From the IMG/VR virus record IMGVR_UViG_3300045988_149624: 64,000 bases of DNA; one strand, 5' to 3'. The notes below the pieces were generated by a model that worked only from the letters and a program-made list of their open reading frames with translations, searched no databases and was not told the origin of the DNA. Made by a program: the position numbers and the translations under genes. Each line of letters starts with the position of its first letter. The stretch's first letter is position 1. This DNA comes from a virus. Shown piece after piece: positions 18,678-28,714 of this stretch.

Positions 18678-19093
18678 TGAAAAAAATAATAGATAAATAT
18701 AATGAAAAGAATCTTTTACCATTTCCACTGCCATATCCAAAAACAGATTTACAAATATTAAAAACATATAAATTTTTATCTATGATTCAAGATGATGAAA
18801 TACAAAAAATGTTAAAAGATATTAAATTGCCTAAAATAGATTCTTGGAAAGATTATTTTTCTTTAAATGAAGATGGGAACGAATATTATACTATAAGTGT
18901 GCCAAAAGAAACAAATGAGTGGGAAAATGAAATAGACGAGATAGAAGAAGCTATAAGAAAAGGTAAGATTATTCTAGTAGAAAACGATGAGGGTATAATA
19001 TGTACTGCTGAAAGTGTGGAAATAAAATTGGAGACCAAAAAGATACAGATTACAACTAAAGATTCTGATTATGGGAATATGGGACCCGTATAA
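18677..19093 (+). CDS. Member C of the shared N-terminal-module family (short, 138 aa)
   Basis: MKKIIDKYNEKN..YPKTDLQILKTYKFL...KDIKLPKIDSWKDY. TAATG overlap with the upstream gene. Confidence 0.6.
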   Translation: MKKIIDKYNEKNLLPFPLPYPKTDLQILKTYKFLSMIQDDEIQKMLKDIKLPKIDSWKDYFSLNEDGNEYYTISVPKETNEWENEIDEIEEAIRKGKIILVENDEGIICTAESVEIKLETKKIQITTKDSDYGNMGPV

Positions 19094-19131
19094 AGAACTA
19101 ATTAAATTAATTAAACACTTATAAATAATTT

Positions 19132-19159
19132 AGAGTAGGGGTTGCCCTACTCTTTTTTT
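19132..19159 (+). terminator. Rho-independent terminator (copy 1 of a duplicated terminator/RBS cassette)
   Basis: AGAGTAGGG-GTTG-CCCTACTCT followed by T7. Confidence 0.85.
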
Positions 19160-19179
19160 AATATAAAGGAGATGGTTTT

Positions 19180-19965
19180 ATGGTATCAAAACCAAAAATG
19201 ATAGAAAGTTTTATTACAAAAAATAAATATAGTAGACCCGGAACAAAACGTTCAAGAACTACTAAAATAGCATGGCATTATACTGGTGCGCATGATGTAT
19301 CTGCTAAAGCAACCATGAATTACTTTAAAAACTTAGCAACAACACATACAACTTATGCAAGTTCTCACTTTGTATGTGGACTTGATGGAGAAATATATTA
19401 TATAGTTCCTATGAGTGAAATAGCATATACAACTAACAGTGCAAACTATTATTCTATCGGTATAGAATGTGCAACTACTGGAACTGATGACCATTATTCA
19501 GATAAAGAATACGTGTCTATGGTTAAATTAGGAGCTTGGTTGGCTCAATATTACGGATTAGACCCTAGAAAAGACTTTATAAGACATTATGATGTAACTA
19601 GAAAGGTATGCCCAAGATACTTTGTTAATCATAAAGATAAATGGAATCAGTTTAAATTAGATTGCTATAATCTTAAAGAAGGTAAAATAAAAGTATCTGA
19701 TATTGTGAATTGTACTAATGGAAAAAAACATACTTCTAAAGTCCCTAGCACTACAACTAAAAAACAATATTTAAGAGTGCTTCAAGATGTTAATGTACAT
19801 AGCACTCCTGACTTTAAGTCTAGTTCTGTTTGTGGTAAAGCAGAAAAAGGAGAAGCGCTTACTATTGTTAAAAAGATAGAGAGACCCGGAACAGATATGT
19901 ATTTAGTGAAGGCAGGTTATTATATAACTGCTAGTAGTAAATATGTAGAAGTATTTGAGAGATAG
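19180..19965 (+). CDS. Endolysin: N-acetylmuramoyl-L-alanine amidase (Amidase_2/PGRP type) with C-terminal SH3b-like domain
   Basis: IAWHYTGA..SSHFVCGLDGEIYY..YSIGIECA..RHYDVTRKVCPRYF. C-terminal LRVLQDVNVHSTPDF..GEALTIV. Confidence 0.85.
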   Translation: MVSKPKMIESFITKNKYSRPGTKRSRTTKIAWHYTGAHDVSAKATMNYFKNLATTHTTYASSHFVCGLDGEIYYIVPMSEIAYTTNSANYYSIGIECATTGTDDHYSDKEYVSMVKLGAWLAQYYGLDPRKDFIRHYDVTRKVCPRYFVNHKDKWNQFKLDCYNLKEGKIKVSDIVNCTNGKKHTSKVPSTTTKKQYLRVLQDVNVHSTPDFKSSSVCGKAEKGEALTIVKKIERPGTDMYLVKAGYYITASSKYVEVFER

Positions 19966-19973
19966 GTGATTAA

Positions 19974-21545
19974 ATGAATAAATTAATCAAATATTTTAAT
20001 GAAAATTATGGGAAAGAATATGGAAAAATCTCTTATCCAAGAACAACAATTCAAATATATAGAGCGTATCAAGCCATAAAGAGTTACGGTATAGATGATG
20101 AAAAGTTGATAAGTTTATTACACGACATTAAACTTCCTCAGCCTAAAACAATAGAAGAAAAAGAATTATATGCCGATTGTTTATATGATTTAGATGATAG
20201 CGAATTATTAATGGGAGTCCCTTATACACAAAAGATAAAAATTTTGGAAAATTCAATTCCTGTAGAACAATATAATGGGAATTATGGTTATCGCTCTAAT
20301 ACTTTTGATTATAATATAAAAAATTTAAATATTAAAAATCCATCACATATAGAAATAGATATTTATTATGGGGAAAATTTAAATACAGAAATAGAAGAAA
20401 GCGATTATCATTTCAACGGAGTTTTACTTTTGAAAGAAAGTAACGATAGTACTTATGACTTTTGGTTTCCTGCGTTAGAAATAAAAAATGATGACTATGG
20501 GGATTCTTCAATATATTTAGTATTGTGGATATATAAACATGGAGGGAAAATAGCAGTAAGTCATAGACTTCATGATGATACATATATTTCTATGTTTTTT
20601 ATTAAAAAAATATCTTTAAGTTTTTACGAAAATAAAGGAGGCACAATTCAAGCACCTCAAATTGGAAGCGTAGATGCCAGAGCTTTAATTAACAAAGAAG
20701 ATGGATTGAGTGATTACGCCACATCTTCTAATCCTGTATTTACAGGAAAAGTAGTTCAATATAAGGATAATGCCCAATCTTATGAGGGAGGGAATGGTAG
20801 TGCTAGATTTGGATATAGTAGTTCAGGAGAAAACAGTTTCTCAAGTAACTGGGGTTCTGCATCTGAAAAGTATAGTTTTGCAGCAAATACAGCGTGTGCT
20901 TTTGGAGAAGGTTGCTTTGCTATTGGTAAGGGCACTCATGCTTGGGGAGAGAATCAATTTGTATTTGGTTCTAATAATATATATGATAAAAAAAATAAAT
21001 ATATGTGTATAGCAGGGAATGGAATAGATGCAGATAATACCAGTAATGCTTATACGTTAGACTGGAATGGTAATGCTTGGTATAAAGGTAATATAAGTAT
21101 AGATGGCGCTCCAACTAATGACAAAGATTTAACTACAAAAAAATATGTAGATGATTATTTAAGTCCTTTAGTGAAAAAAGTCGGAGAAGTTACAACTCAA
21201 GTAGCACAAGAACACGTTCCAACTGCAACAACTACATATCTAAATAATATGTTTAATTTAGTTGAAATACCTATAACAAATTCTACTTTAACATTAACTT
21301 CTGCTAGAAATCAAACTCCTACTGGTGGAGTAATGGTTGATGGAACTACTATTGTATTACCTGAAATAGATTATTTTACAGAAATACATTTATTTTTTAA
21401 AGCAGATGCAAATATGAATTTAACATTACCCGATATTAAATATCAAATGACTACGGATATAGTTGGAGGTAAAATATATGAATTTATCTTTACTCATTTG
21501 AATGGATTAAATGAATGGATAGGAGGATATGTAGCTTATGTGTAG
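19974..21545 (+). CDS. Tail fibre, member D of the shared N-terminal-module family
   Basis: Strong N-terminal module. Gly/Ser/Ala-rich head-like repeats (GENSFSSNWGSASEKYSFAAN..GEGCFAIGKGTHAWGENQFVFG). NAYTLDWNGNAWYKGNISIDGAPTNDKDLTTKKY is shared with ORF 27753. Confidence 0.75.
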   Translation: MNKLIKYFNENYGKEYGKISYPRTTIQIYRAYQAIKSYGIDDEKLISLLHDIKLPQPKTIEEKELYADCLYDLDDSELLMGVPYTQKIKILENSIPVEQYNGNYGYRSNTFDYNIKNLNIKNPSHIEIDIYYGENLNTEIEESDYHFNGVLLLKESNDSTYDFWFPALEIKNDDYGDSSIYLVLWIYKHGGKIAVSHRLHDDTYISMFFIKKISLSFYENKGGTIQAPQIGSVDARALINKEDGLSDYATSSNPVFTGKVVQYKDNAQSYEGGNGSARFGYSSSGENSFSSNWGSASEKYSFAANTACAFGEGCFAIGKGTHAWGENQFVFGSNNIYDKKNKYMCIAGNGIDADNTSNAYTLDWNGNAWYKGNISIDGAPTNDKDLTTKKYVDDYLSPLVKKVGEVTTQVAQEHVPTATTTYLNNMFNLVEIPITNSTLTLTSARNQTPTGGVMVDGTTIVLPEIDYFTEIHLFFKADANMNLTLPDIKYQMTTDIVGGKIYEFIFTHLNGLNEWIGGYVAYV

Positions 21546-21954
21546 GCTAAATTTAATGATGTATAACCCTAAAAGAGTTCCTAAAATGAGTGCCAAACTT
21601 GAAGCAGATGGAAATAAAATATATTTCTATGGTATATTTAATGACTTTAAAAATAAAGATAAATATTATTTTAAAGAAGTTAAGCATGGAATAATTTATA
21701 TTAATTCTACAAGAATCACTGATAAAGGAAGCTTAACTGACGAGACTGAAGGTAGGACAAGAGTAAATTTTGGAACATATAAAGAAGATGGAAGTGTTAA
21801 ATATAGTATGAAACCTTATAATAAATCGTTGAATTATTTGGCAGTTGCTTTTTGTTCTTATGTAGATGAAGATGGTAAAACAAAATATGCCTATTCGGAT
21901 GTGGTAGAAGGTAATGCAACAGATGGATTCGTTCAAAGATATCCTCATAAATAA
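21538..21954 (+). CDS. Hypothetical protein
   Basis: The ATG overlaps the upstream stop, with AGGAGGA upstream. No motif recognised. Confidence 0.5.
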   Translation: MCRLNLMMYNPKRVPKMSAKLEADGNKIYFYGIFNDFKNKDKYYFKEVKHGIIYINSTRITDKGSLTDETEGRTRVNFGTYKEDGSVKYSMKPYNKSLNYLAVAFCSYVDEDGKTKYAYSDVVEGNATDGFVQRYPHK

Positions 21955-21977
21955 AATTTTATAAAATATAATAATTT

Positions 21978-22005
21978 AGAGTAGGGACTTCCCTACTCTT
22001 TTTTA
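21978..22005 (+). terminator. Rho-independent terminator (copy 2 of the duplicated cassette)
   Basis: AGAGTAGGG-ACTT-CCCTACTCT followed by T6. The stems are identical to 19132..19153 and only the loop differs. Confidence 0.85.
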
Positions 22006-22028
22006 TTAAATACAAGGAGATGTAAAAT

Positions 22029-22292
22029 ATGGATAACAAAAATAAGGTTAAGAAAAAACGTAGTACTAGAAAGTGGGTAATACCTTTAGTAATCACATCT
22101 ATATTTGCTTTCACAGGTATTGCGATATGGTTACAATATGCTACTAGCACAGAGTTATCTTCAACTTTAATAACTTGTTTCTACGGATTTTGTGGTGGTG
22201 AGCTTTGGCTATTAGCATCTATCACAAAAACAAAAACAAAGAATAATAATAGTGAAAATATAAATACTGATGATTCAGAAGGAGAGGAATAA
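22029..22292 (+). CDS. Holin candidate (two TM helices, charged C-terminus)
   Basis: AAGGAGA RBS. Basic N-terminus, TMs WVIPLVITSIFAFTGIAIWL and LITCFYGFCGGELWLLASI, acidic tail DDSEGEE. Confidence 0.6.
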   Translation: MDNKNKVKKKRSTRKWVIPLVITSIFAFTGIAIWLQYATSTELSSTLITCFYGFCGGELWLLASITKTKTKNNNSENINTDDSEGEE

Positions 22293-22295
22293 AAA

Positions 22296-22631
22296 ATGGA
22301 TGTTCAAACTATTTTAATATCATTTATAATATCTATAGCTGTTATATATACAGTATACAAATTTATTAGTTTAAGTAAAGAAAGACAAGTAGAAAATATC
22401 AAACAATGGCTTATATTTGCCTGTCTTGAAGCTGAAAAAATGTTAGGCAGTAAAACAGGTAAAGTAAAATTAAGATATGTGTATGATTTATTTGTTAGCA
22501 AATATAAATTTATATCTTGTCTTATCCCATTTGATACTTTTAGTAAATGGGTAGATGACTCATTAATAGATATGAGAAATATGATAAACACTAATAAAGC
22601 TATCAAAAAGATAGTAGAGGGAGTTGATTAA
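22296..22631 (+). CDS. Holin candidate, LL-H-family-like (one N-terminal TM)
   Basis: N-terminal TM ILISFIISIAVIYTVYKFI followed by IFACLEAEKMLGSKTGKVKLRYV, which resembles the LL-H holin family. Confidence 0.5.
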   Translation: MDVQTILISFIISIAVIYTVYKFISLSKERQVENIKQWLIFACLEAEKMLGSKTGKVKLRYVYDLFVSKYKFISCLIPFDTFSKWVDDSLIDMRNMINTNKAIKKIVEGVD

Positions 22632-25600
22632 ATGAATGAATTAATAAAATATTTTAATGAAGAATATAGTAAAGAATACGGAAAGGTTTCTTATCCTAGA
22701 ACTACTCTACAAATATATAGAGTATATCAAGCTATAAAATCTTATGGAATAAATGATGATAAATTGGTTGAGTTGCTACATAACGTAAAATTACCTAAAC
22801 CTAAAAATACAGAAGAATGGGAGTTATATGTTTATTGTTTATATAATATGGATGATAGTGAATCAGAAAGAAAGATTAAAGATATTTCGAACAAACTAGA
22901 AATACTTCCTGTAAAAAATACACATCAGGTTATCCGAGATGGAGTACCAGTTTCTCAACAAAATATAACTTTAGATGGAAATAACTATAAAGCATATATA
23001 TTTAATGACGAACAAATAACAATACCAGACAGCTTAGTATTAGAAGATTTTGAAAATAAGTTTTTAGCCATAGCTTCTCACTCTAAAGGAGTGTTAAATG
23101 CCGTCATTTCATATAATGATGGTGTAAATGATATAACAAAAGAAATAGAATTGACACGTGACGAAAATTTTACTTCAAACTATTTTGATTATAGTGACTA
23201 TACTGAATCTAGTATATTGAATATAACATTTGGATTTGACTATGGTATTAACAAATTTTTTATATACGTTTATTATATGAAACAACCTATGAAATCTCCG
23301 ATTTTTTATGAGGTGAAAAAAGTTTCACTTTCATATTCGTATATTACCAACTTACTAGATGACGATTATTTAAAAAGTATTGATTATTCTAAAATTAATA
23401 ATGTCCCTTATAAGTTAACTGCTCTTGTAGAGGGTTCAACAAAAACACTAAAGACTGGGGAATATGCATCTTTATTCGATAATTTATTTATTTGGGATGC
23501 CAATAAAATAAATGAACGATTAGATGATACAAGTGGAGTAAAAAAGAATGAATATTATGAGCATAATATAAAAGTTAAACAAAAAGATAGTGAAGGAATA
23601 GGTTACGGTCAATATATTCCAGCCGAGTCCATGTCTGAATATAAATTATTTATTAAAGCTGGTCCCGATGTTATAGTAAGGGTTTACCAACATAAAACAA
23701 AACAATTATTAAATAAAATAAAAGATTTCCCTCTTGGAGAATACAAAGAAATTATGGTAAGAGACGGCTTAAATAGAAGTGACGGAATATTTATTGCTTT
23801 TACTGTCAAAGATGATGTAACAGATTTTTATGCTAATACTTATGTTAGTGATTTAGTTTTATGTAAATCAGATGGATTTTTAACTAAACAAGAAGTAGAT
23901 AATAAAGTTGATAAAGTAGAAGGCAAAGGATTATCTACAGTAGATTTTACTACTGCTTATGAAACTAAACTTAAAGGATTGTCTAATTATAATGATACAA
24001 TTATTAAAAACGATATACAAACAATTAATACACAATTAGGAGATATTGCGAACACAGGTAAATTGACAGATTTAAATACAACTGAAAAATCTAGCATTGT
24101 CGGTGCAATAAATGAGGTTTTTCAAAATGCCAGTAATGGTAAAACTTTAATTGCTCAAGCTATTACTGGCAAAGGTGTATCAACGAGTAATACAGATACA
24201 TTTCAAACTATGGCAACTAATATAAACAGTATACAGACAGTTTCTGATGCGAGTGGCATTATATTTACTTTAAATAATAAAAAATACAAGCTATCCAAAA
24301 ACGATAAAGGAGAATATATTGCCACTTTATTAGCTTATTCCGTAACAAGTAATTTAACTCACTGCACTTTAGATAATACTAATACTTCTATTGATTATGG
24401 AAATAAATATACTTGTAATATTTCGGTAAACAAAGGTTTTATTATAGATTCTGTCGTTATTACTATGGGTGGAACAGATGTAACCAGTACTGTTTTAAAA
24501 GGTAACATTATTACTATAAATTCTGTTACAGGGGATGTTATTATAACTGTGAATTGTGTTGAAGAACCAGCTAACCCTGTTTATGGAAATATAAAGGCAA
24601 CTCCTAACTATACTTTTAAAATAAATGAAATTAAAGGAAAACTTGACCCCGATTTACAGGTTAGCTTAGCAACAGCTCCTAACTTAAACCAAACAATTAC
24701 TATAACAAATAATACTCCCGAATATATTACAATATCTCCTAACACTCTTACTTTTACTCCCGATAATTATTCAGTACCACAAAAAGTTAGTATTTCACCT
24801 ATAAGAAAAAATAATGATTATTTAGATAGACGTGGTGAATTAGTATTAAGTAGTAAGGGGGTTACTGATTATACAGCTAAATGTACTATAATTAATACAG
24901 ATAATTACATCCATCCCTCAAATTGTACTTTAAGTGATAAAGTACTTGATATACACGCTTATGGATTAAATAGTGTTCCTACAACATTGGAATCAAGTGT
25001 TAATAATATTTCCTGTGCAGTTACACCAATTTCCAATGAAGGTGACGATAATGTTAGTAAAGCTACAGCTAATGGATTACAATATGTAACTATTGATGTT
25101 CCTAGTTTAAAACCATATCTTAATGAGTCTAAAGGCATAACTGCTATTTATGTTAGTATGGGGTATCCTTTTGTAGATAAGAATTTAAACTCTTATCTTA
25201 ATTTGTTAGGTATTAATTCTACTAAAATGAATAATTCATCATATCTATTTGGTTATACAAAAAAACCTTCTACAAAAGGGTATGAAGCTTTAAACTCATA
25301 TTTTTATACTTCATTTAATGAAAAGACTACAAGTGCCGATTTACATTTTAATGTATTTATGTTTAATCCTTCTGATGCACCTGTCGGAATTACTTATATG
25401 ATTGATGATACTAATTATACAAGCATAGGAAGTACTGGTTGGTTTGATTATGGTAAGGATTTAACTAGCAAAATTAGTTCTTATAAAAATGTATCTAAAG
25501 AATCGAACACAACTTTTGTTGCATATCAAGTATATAACGGAATACTTAGTTTAGATGATATAAATACTATTAAAAATGGGATATTGGAAAATTTAGTTCC

Positions 25601-27647
25601 TAGTGAGGTTACAAATACAATAGACAACATGACTGTAAACGTTGGCGATACTATATTATCTACAGCTACTGTTCTTCCTACTGCATTAGAACCGATGTGT
25701 ACTAAATCTATAACATTAAAGGATGATAAACTTATAAAAAATAAAAATGAGGTAATTGCCAAAGCAGAGGGTCAATCTTCTTTTACTACAACTATTTCTA
25801 AACCTCTCGCAGGTGGAAAAACTTATGATTATAATTTTGATACTAATGTAACTATAGCCCCAAGTTATATAAAGGATTTAACTGTTACCAAAGCAGAAGA
25901 AGGTGTAGTTATATCTAATCCTATTAGTGAATTAACTGTAGGGCAAGAATATTTATTGATTGGAACAACACTTCCACCTCGTTTTGATGAAGAAAATATT
26001 GTTTATTATGAATCATCTAATATAGAAGTTGCTAGAGTTAGATATGGGCTTGTAGAGGCGTTAAAGGAAGGTTCTTGCACTATAACTGCTTATAATCATG
26101 ATAAGACATATAGTTACCAAATGCCTCTTACTATAAAACCTAAAAAAGAACGTATTTTTACAAATATAAAAACTATCAATCCTTCTGATTATTCTTTTAG
26201 TGCTACTGATTATGAAGGTAATTATAGATTAATGAAACAAATTATAGAAGAGGATAGTGCTGGTTATGATAAAGTTGTTTTTCCTAAAGGTTCTGTTTTT
26301 AAATTAAAAATGCCTCTAGGTACTACATATAATGAAGATGGTAGTGTTAATAGTTATCAAGCAGAAAGTAGTATAATTCCTAACAGTAATACGGTTTATG
26401 ATTTTAATAATTCTCGTATCGAAATGCAATTCTCTGAATATTTATCATTGGATTCAGTTTATAAAGATGGAATAAAAGTTACGCGTGGATATAATTTGTT
26501 TAATTTTACAACCAAAGATAACCCAGAATCTTCTATTGGACAATATCAAACGGTTCTTGAAGACTCCGAAATACGAAATTTAACTATAGTAGGTGAAAGA
26601 CAATTATTCCCCGAACAATATAATGATAGTGATGGTGGTTGGCAAATACGTTATGTGAATTTTGCTACTTGTAAAAGATGTGGTATAGTTAATTGTGACA
26701 TTGGTTGGTGTACTGGATTTAATATAGGAAGTGTTCATGGGCAACAATCATGGTCACCTATTATACAGGGAAGTCATATTGAATGGGGAGCAATAAATTA
26801 TGAAACTGGTGAAGATGATACTACAACTTATACAGATAGGGTTAGAATTAAAAAGGCTAATATTTGTCAGTTACATAAACGAGTTATAAATAAATATACT
26901 AATGACAATAGTTATTCTGTCGGCATATGGGCTGGATATTTAGGTTATGATTATATGGGAGCTAGATTTTATGATATATTCTTTTATAAACATGATGAGG
27001 CTACTGATACATATGAGTATCTTGGTTGTCATAAATATGAATATTTATATGGTATATATGAATTTCCTAAAGATGCTACTCATTGTAGACTTGTGTTTTA
27101 TCAAAAACGTCTACCCCCTAGTGGTGGATTAAATTATTTAGGTGGTGGAATAATGATGATAACACATCTTCCAACAAGTGTTGATTGTTATATTGAGAAT
27201 TGTTATATACACGATAATTATGCTAGTGGATTTGCTTGTTGTGGTGGACAGAGATTCTTAGTTAAAAATTGTAAATTTGAACGTAATTATGGAAGAGATG
27301 GATTAGGTTGTCATGTAGATTTTGAAGATGGTAGAGAAGGTGCAAACTGTTGTATAGTTAGTAACTGTACTTTTGACGATAACTATTACGGATTTATAAT
27401 GCCTTCGGGATTATACGAAGTATTACATGATAATGAATTTAATGGTTGTGGTGTAAAAACAACAACTGAAAGTATTTTGATGTTTAATAATATTCATAAA
27501 AATACGCATTTTACTAGACAAGAAATAGGCGAGGCTATTGTAGCAAATAGTATTTTTAGTAATGTTACTATGAATGAAGTTGCTAGAAGTGATTGGGAAA
27601 AGGATTATAAGTGGAAAATGCACATGATTAATAATCATATGATATAA
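22632..27647 (+). CDS. Large tail fibre/tailspike, member E of the family: fibre repeats, Big_2-like domains, C-terminal right-handed beta-helix (pectate-lyase-like depolymerase)
   Basis: Strong N-terminal module. DKVEGKGLSTVDFTTAYETKLKGL and TEKSSIVGAINEV fibre motifs. Big_2-like VGQEYLLIGTTLPP..SSNIEVARV..EGSCTITAY. PbH1-like NCYIHDNYASGFACCGG..VKNCKFERNYG..SNCTFDDNYYG. Confidence 0.8.
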   Translation: MNELIKYFNEEYSKEYGKVSYPRTTLQIYRVYQAIKSYGINDDKLVELLHNVKLPKPKNTEEWELYVYCLYNMDDSESERKIKDISNKLEILPVKNTHQVIRDGVPVSQQNITLDGNNYKAYIFNDEQITIPDSLVLEDFENKFLAIASHSKGVLNAVISYNDGVNDITKEIELTRDENFTSNYFDYSDYTESSILNITFGFDYGINKFFIYVYYMKQPMKSPIFYEVKKVSLSYSYITNLLDDDYLKSIDYSKINNVPYKLTALVEGSTKTLKTGEYASLFDNLFIWDANKINERLDDTSGVKKNEYYEHNIKVKQKDSEGIGYGQYIPAESMSEYKLFIKAGPDVIVRVYQHKTKQLLNKIKDFPLGEYKEIMVRDGLNRSDGIFIAFTVKDDVTDFYANTYVSDLVLCKSDGFLTKQEVDNKVDKVEGKGLSTVDFTTAYETKLKGLSNYNDTIIKNDIQTINTQLGDIANTGKLTDLNTTEKSSIVGAINEVFQNASNGKTLIAQAITGKGVSTSNTDTFQTMATNINSIQTVSDASGIIFTLNNKKYKLSKNDKGEYIATLLAYSVTSNLTHCTLDNTNTSIDYGNKYTCNISVNKGFIIDSVVITMGGTDVTSTVLKGNIITINSVTGDVIITVNCVEEPANPVYGNIKATPNYTFKINEIKGKLDPDLQVSLATAPNLNQTITITNNTPEYITISPNTLTFTPDNYSVPQKVSISPIRKNNDYLDRRGELVLSSKGVTDYTAKCTIINTDNYIHPSNCTLSDKVLDIHAYGLNSVPTTLESSVNNISCAVTPISNEGDDNVSKATANGLQYVTIDVPSLKPYLNESKGITAIYVSMGYPFVDKNLNSYLNLLGINSTKMNNSSYLFGYTKKPSTKGYEALNSYFYTSFNEKTTSADLHFNVFMFNPSDAPVGITYMIDDTNYTSIGSTGWFDYGKDLTSKISSYKNVSKESNTTFVAYQVYNGILSLDDINTIKNGILENLVPSEVTNTIDNMTVNVGDTILSTATVLPTALEPMCTKSITLKDDKLIKNKNEVIAKAEGQSSFTTTISKPLAGGKTYDYNFDTNVTIAPSYIKDLTVTKAEEGVVISNPISELTVGQEYLLIGTTLPPRFDEENIVYYESSNIEVARVRYGLVEALKEGSCTITAYNHDKTYSYQMPLTIKPKKERIFTNIKTINPSDYSFSATDYEGNYRLMKQIIEEDSAGYDKVVFPKGSVFKLKMPLGTTYNEDGSVNSYQAESSIIPNSNTVYDFNNSRIEMQFSEYLSLDSVYKDGIKVTRGYNLFNFTTKDNPESSIGQYQTVLEDSEIRNLTIVGERQLFPEQYNDSDGGWQIRYVNFATCKRCGIVNCDIGWCTGFNIGSVHGQQSWSPIIQGSHIEWGAINYETGEDDTTTYTDRVRIKKANICQLHKRVINKYTNDNSYSVGIWAGYLGYDYMGARFYDIFFYKHDEATDTYEYLGCHKYEYLYGIYEFPKDATHCRLVFYQKRLPPSGGLNYLGGGIMMITHLPTSVDCYIENCYIHDNYASGFACCGGQRFLVKNCKFERNYGRDGLGCHVDFEDGREGANCCIVSNCTFDDNYYGFIMPSGLYEVLHDNEFNGCGVKTTTESILMFNNIHKNTHFTRQEIGEAIVANSIFSNVTMNEVARSDWEKDYKWKMHMINNHMI

Positions 27648-27648
27648 A

Positions 27649-27672
27649 TTCGTAATTTAAAAATATTACGAA
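27649..27672 (+). terminator. Hairpin/weak terminator after the tailspike gene
   Basis: TTCGTAAT-8 nt-ATTACGAA followed by ATTATTTA. A second 8-bp hairpin AAGAGTGG/CCACTCTT lies at 27695..27720. Confidence 0.45.
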
Positions 27673-27752
27673 ATTATTTATCAAACTGAAATTCAAGAGT
27701 GGTAACAAACTGCCACTCTTATCATACAAAAATCAATAAAGGAGTTGATTAA

Positions 27753-28682
27753 ATGAATAAACTAATTGAGTTTTTCAATGAAAAATACGGAGACAAATAT
27801 GGGAAGATTCCTTATCCAAGAACAACAATGCAGATATATAGAGTATATCAGTCTATAAAAAGTTATGGGATAAAGGATGAAGAGTTAGTTAAATTGTTAC
27901 ATAATATTAAATTACCTAAACCAAAATCTATAGAAGAAAAAGAGTTATATACAGATTGTTTATACAACAAAGATGATAGTGAGATGGTAATAGATACAAG
28001 TAATTTAATTTCTAAAGAAAACCCTGTATTTACTGGTAGTATGAGTATGAATAGGAAAGAAGGGGCAACTATAGGAGAATATAGCGTTGCTATCGGGAAA
28101 ACTGTTGAAGCGTCAGGAGAATGTTCTTATGCAGAAGGTAAGAATACAACTGCTAGTGGATGGAGTTCTCATGCAGAAGGAGAGGAAACGAAAGCTAAGG
28201 GGCAAACTTCCCACGCAGAAGGAGATAATTCAATCGCTGAAGGCATAAGTTCCCACGCAGAAGGCAGTTATGCAGTTGCCAGTGGAATAACTTCTCATGC
28301 AGAAGGAGAGGGAACAAAAGCTTATGGAAAATCATCTCATGCAGAAGGTAGTTTTACAACTGCCTCTTCAAATTATCAACACGTTCAGGGTAAATATAAT
28401 ATAGAAGATAAAAGTAATAAATATGCCCATATAGTTGGTAATGGTAAAAGTGGTATGGAAAGAAGTAATGCACATACATTAGACTGGGAAGGTAATGGTT
28501 GGTATGCTGGTAAATTATCTCAAGAAGGTACGCCTACCGAAGATAAAGATTTAGTTACTAAAAAATATGCAGATGCTTCTTTAGAAAATAAAGTAGATAA
28601 ATCTCAATTATCATTTAATTCTGACGGAGAACTTGTTGTAACTATAGATGGAATTAGTAAAACATTCGTACCTAAAGCCTAA
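27753..28682 (+). CDS. Tail fibre, member F of the family, with SHAEG head-like repeats
   Basis: Strong N-terminal module. The motif (S/Y)(H/Y)AEG recurs about 7 times at ~14-aa spacing. NAHTLDWEGNGWYAGKLSQEGTPTEDKDLVTKKY is shared with ORF 19974. Confidence 0.8.
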   Translation: MNKLIEFFNEKYGDKYGKIPYPRTTMQIYRVYQSIKSYGIKDEELVKLLHNIKLPKPKSIEEKELYTDCLYNKDDSEMVIDTSNLISKENPVFTGSMSMNRKEGATIGEYSVAIGKTVEASGECSYAEGKNTTASGWSSHAEGEETKAKGQTSHAEGDNSIAEGISSHAEGSYAVASGITSHAEGEGTKAYGKSSHAEGSFTTASSNYQHVQGKYNIEDKSNKYAHIVGNGKSGMERSNAHTLDWEGNGWYAGKLSQEGTPTEDKDLVTKKYADASLENKVDKSQLSFNSDGELVVTIDGISKTFVPKA

Positions 28683-28714
28683 TTTAAATTCACAATTTTA
28701 AAAAAAATAAACAC

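Noticed and set aside
20770-21012. + strand ORFs in alternative frames (20770..21012 and 26947..27132)
   Set aside because: They are embedded in fibre genes with clear domain content in the main frame.
19974-28682. Diversity-generating retroelement acting on the fibre genes
   Set aside because: I found no reverse-transcriptase ORF and no template/variable repeat pair with adenine-specific differences. The repeated DNA is the N-terminal module, not the C-terminal tips.
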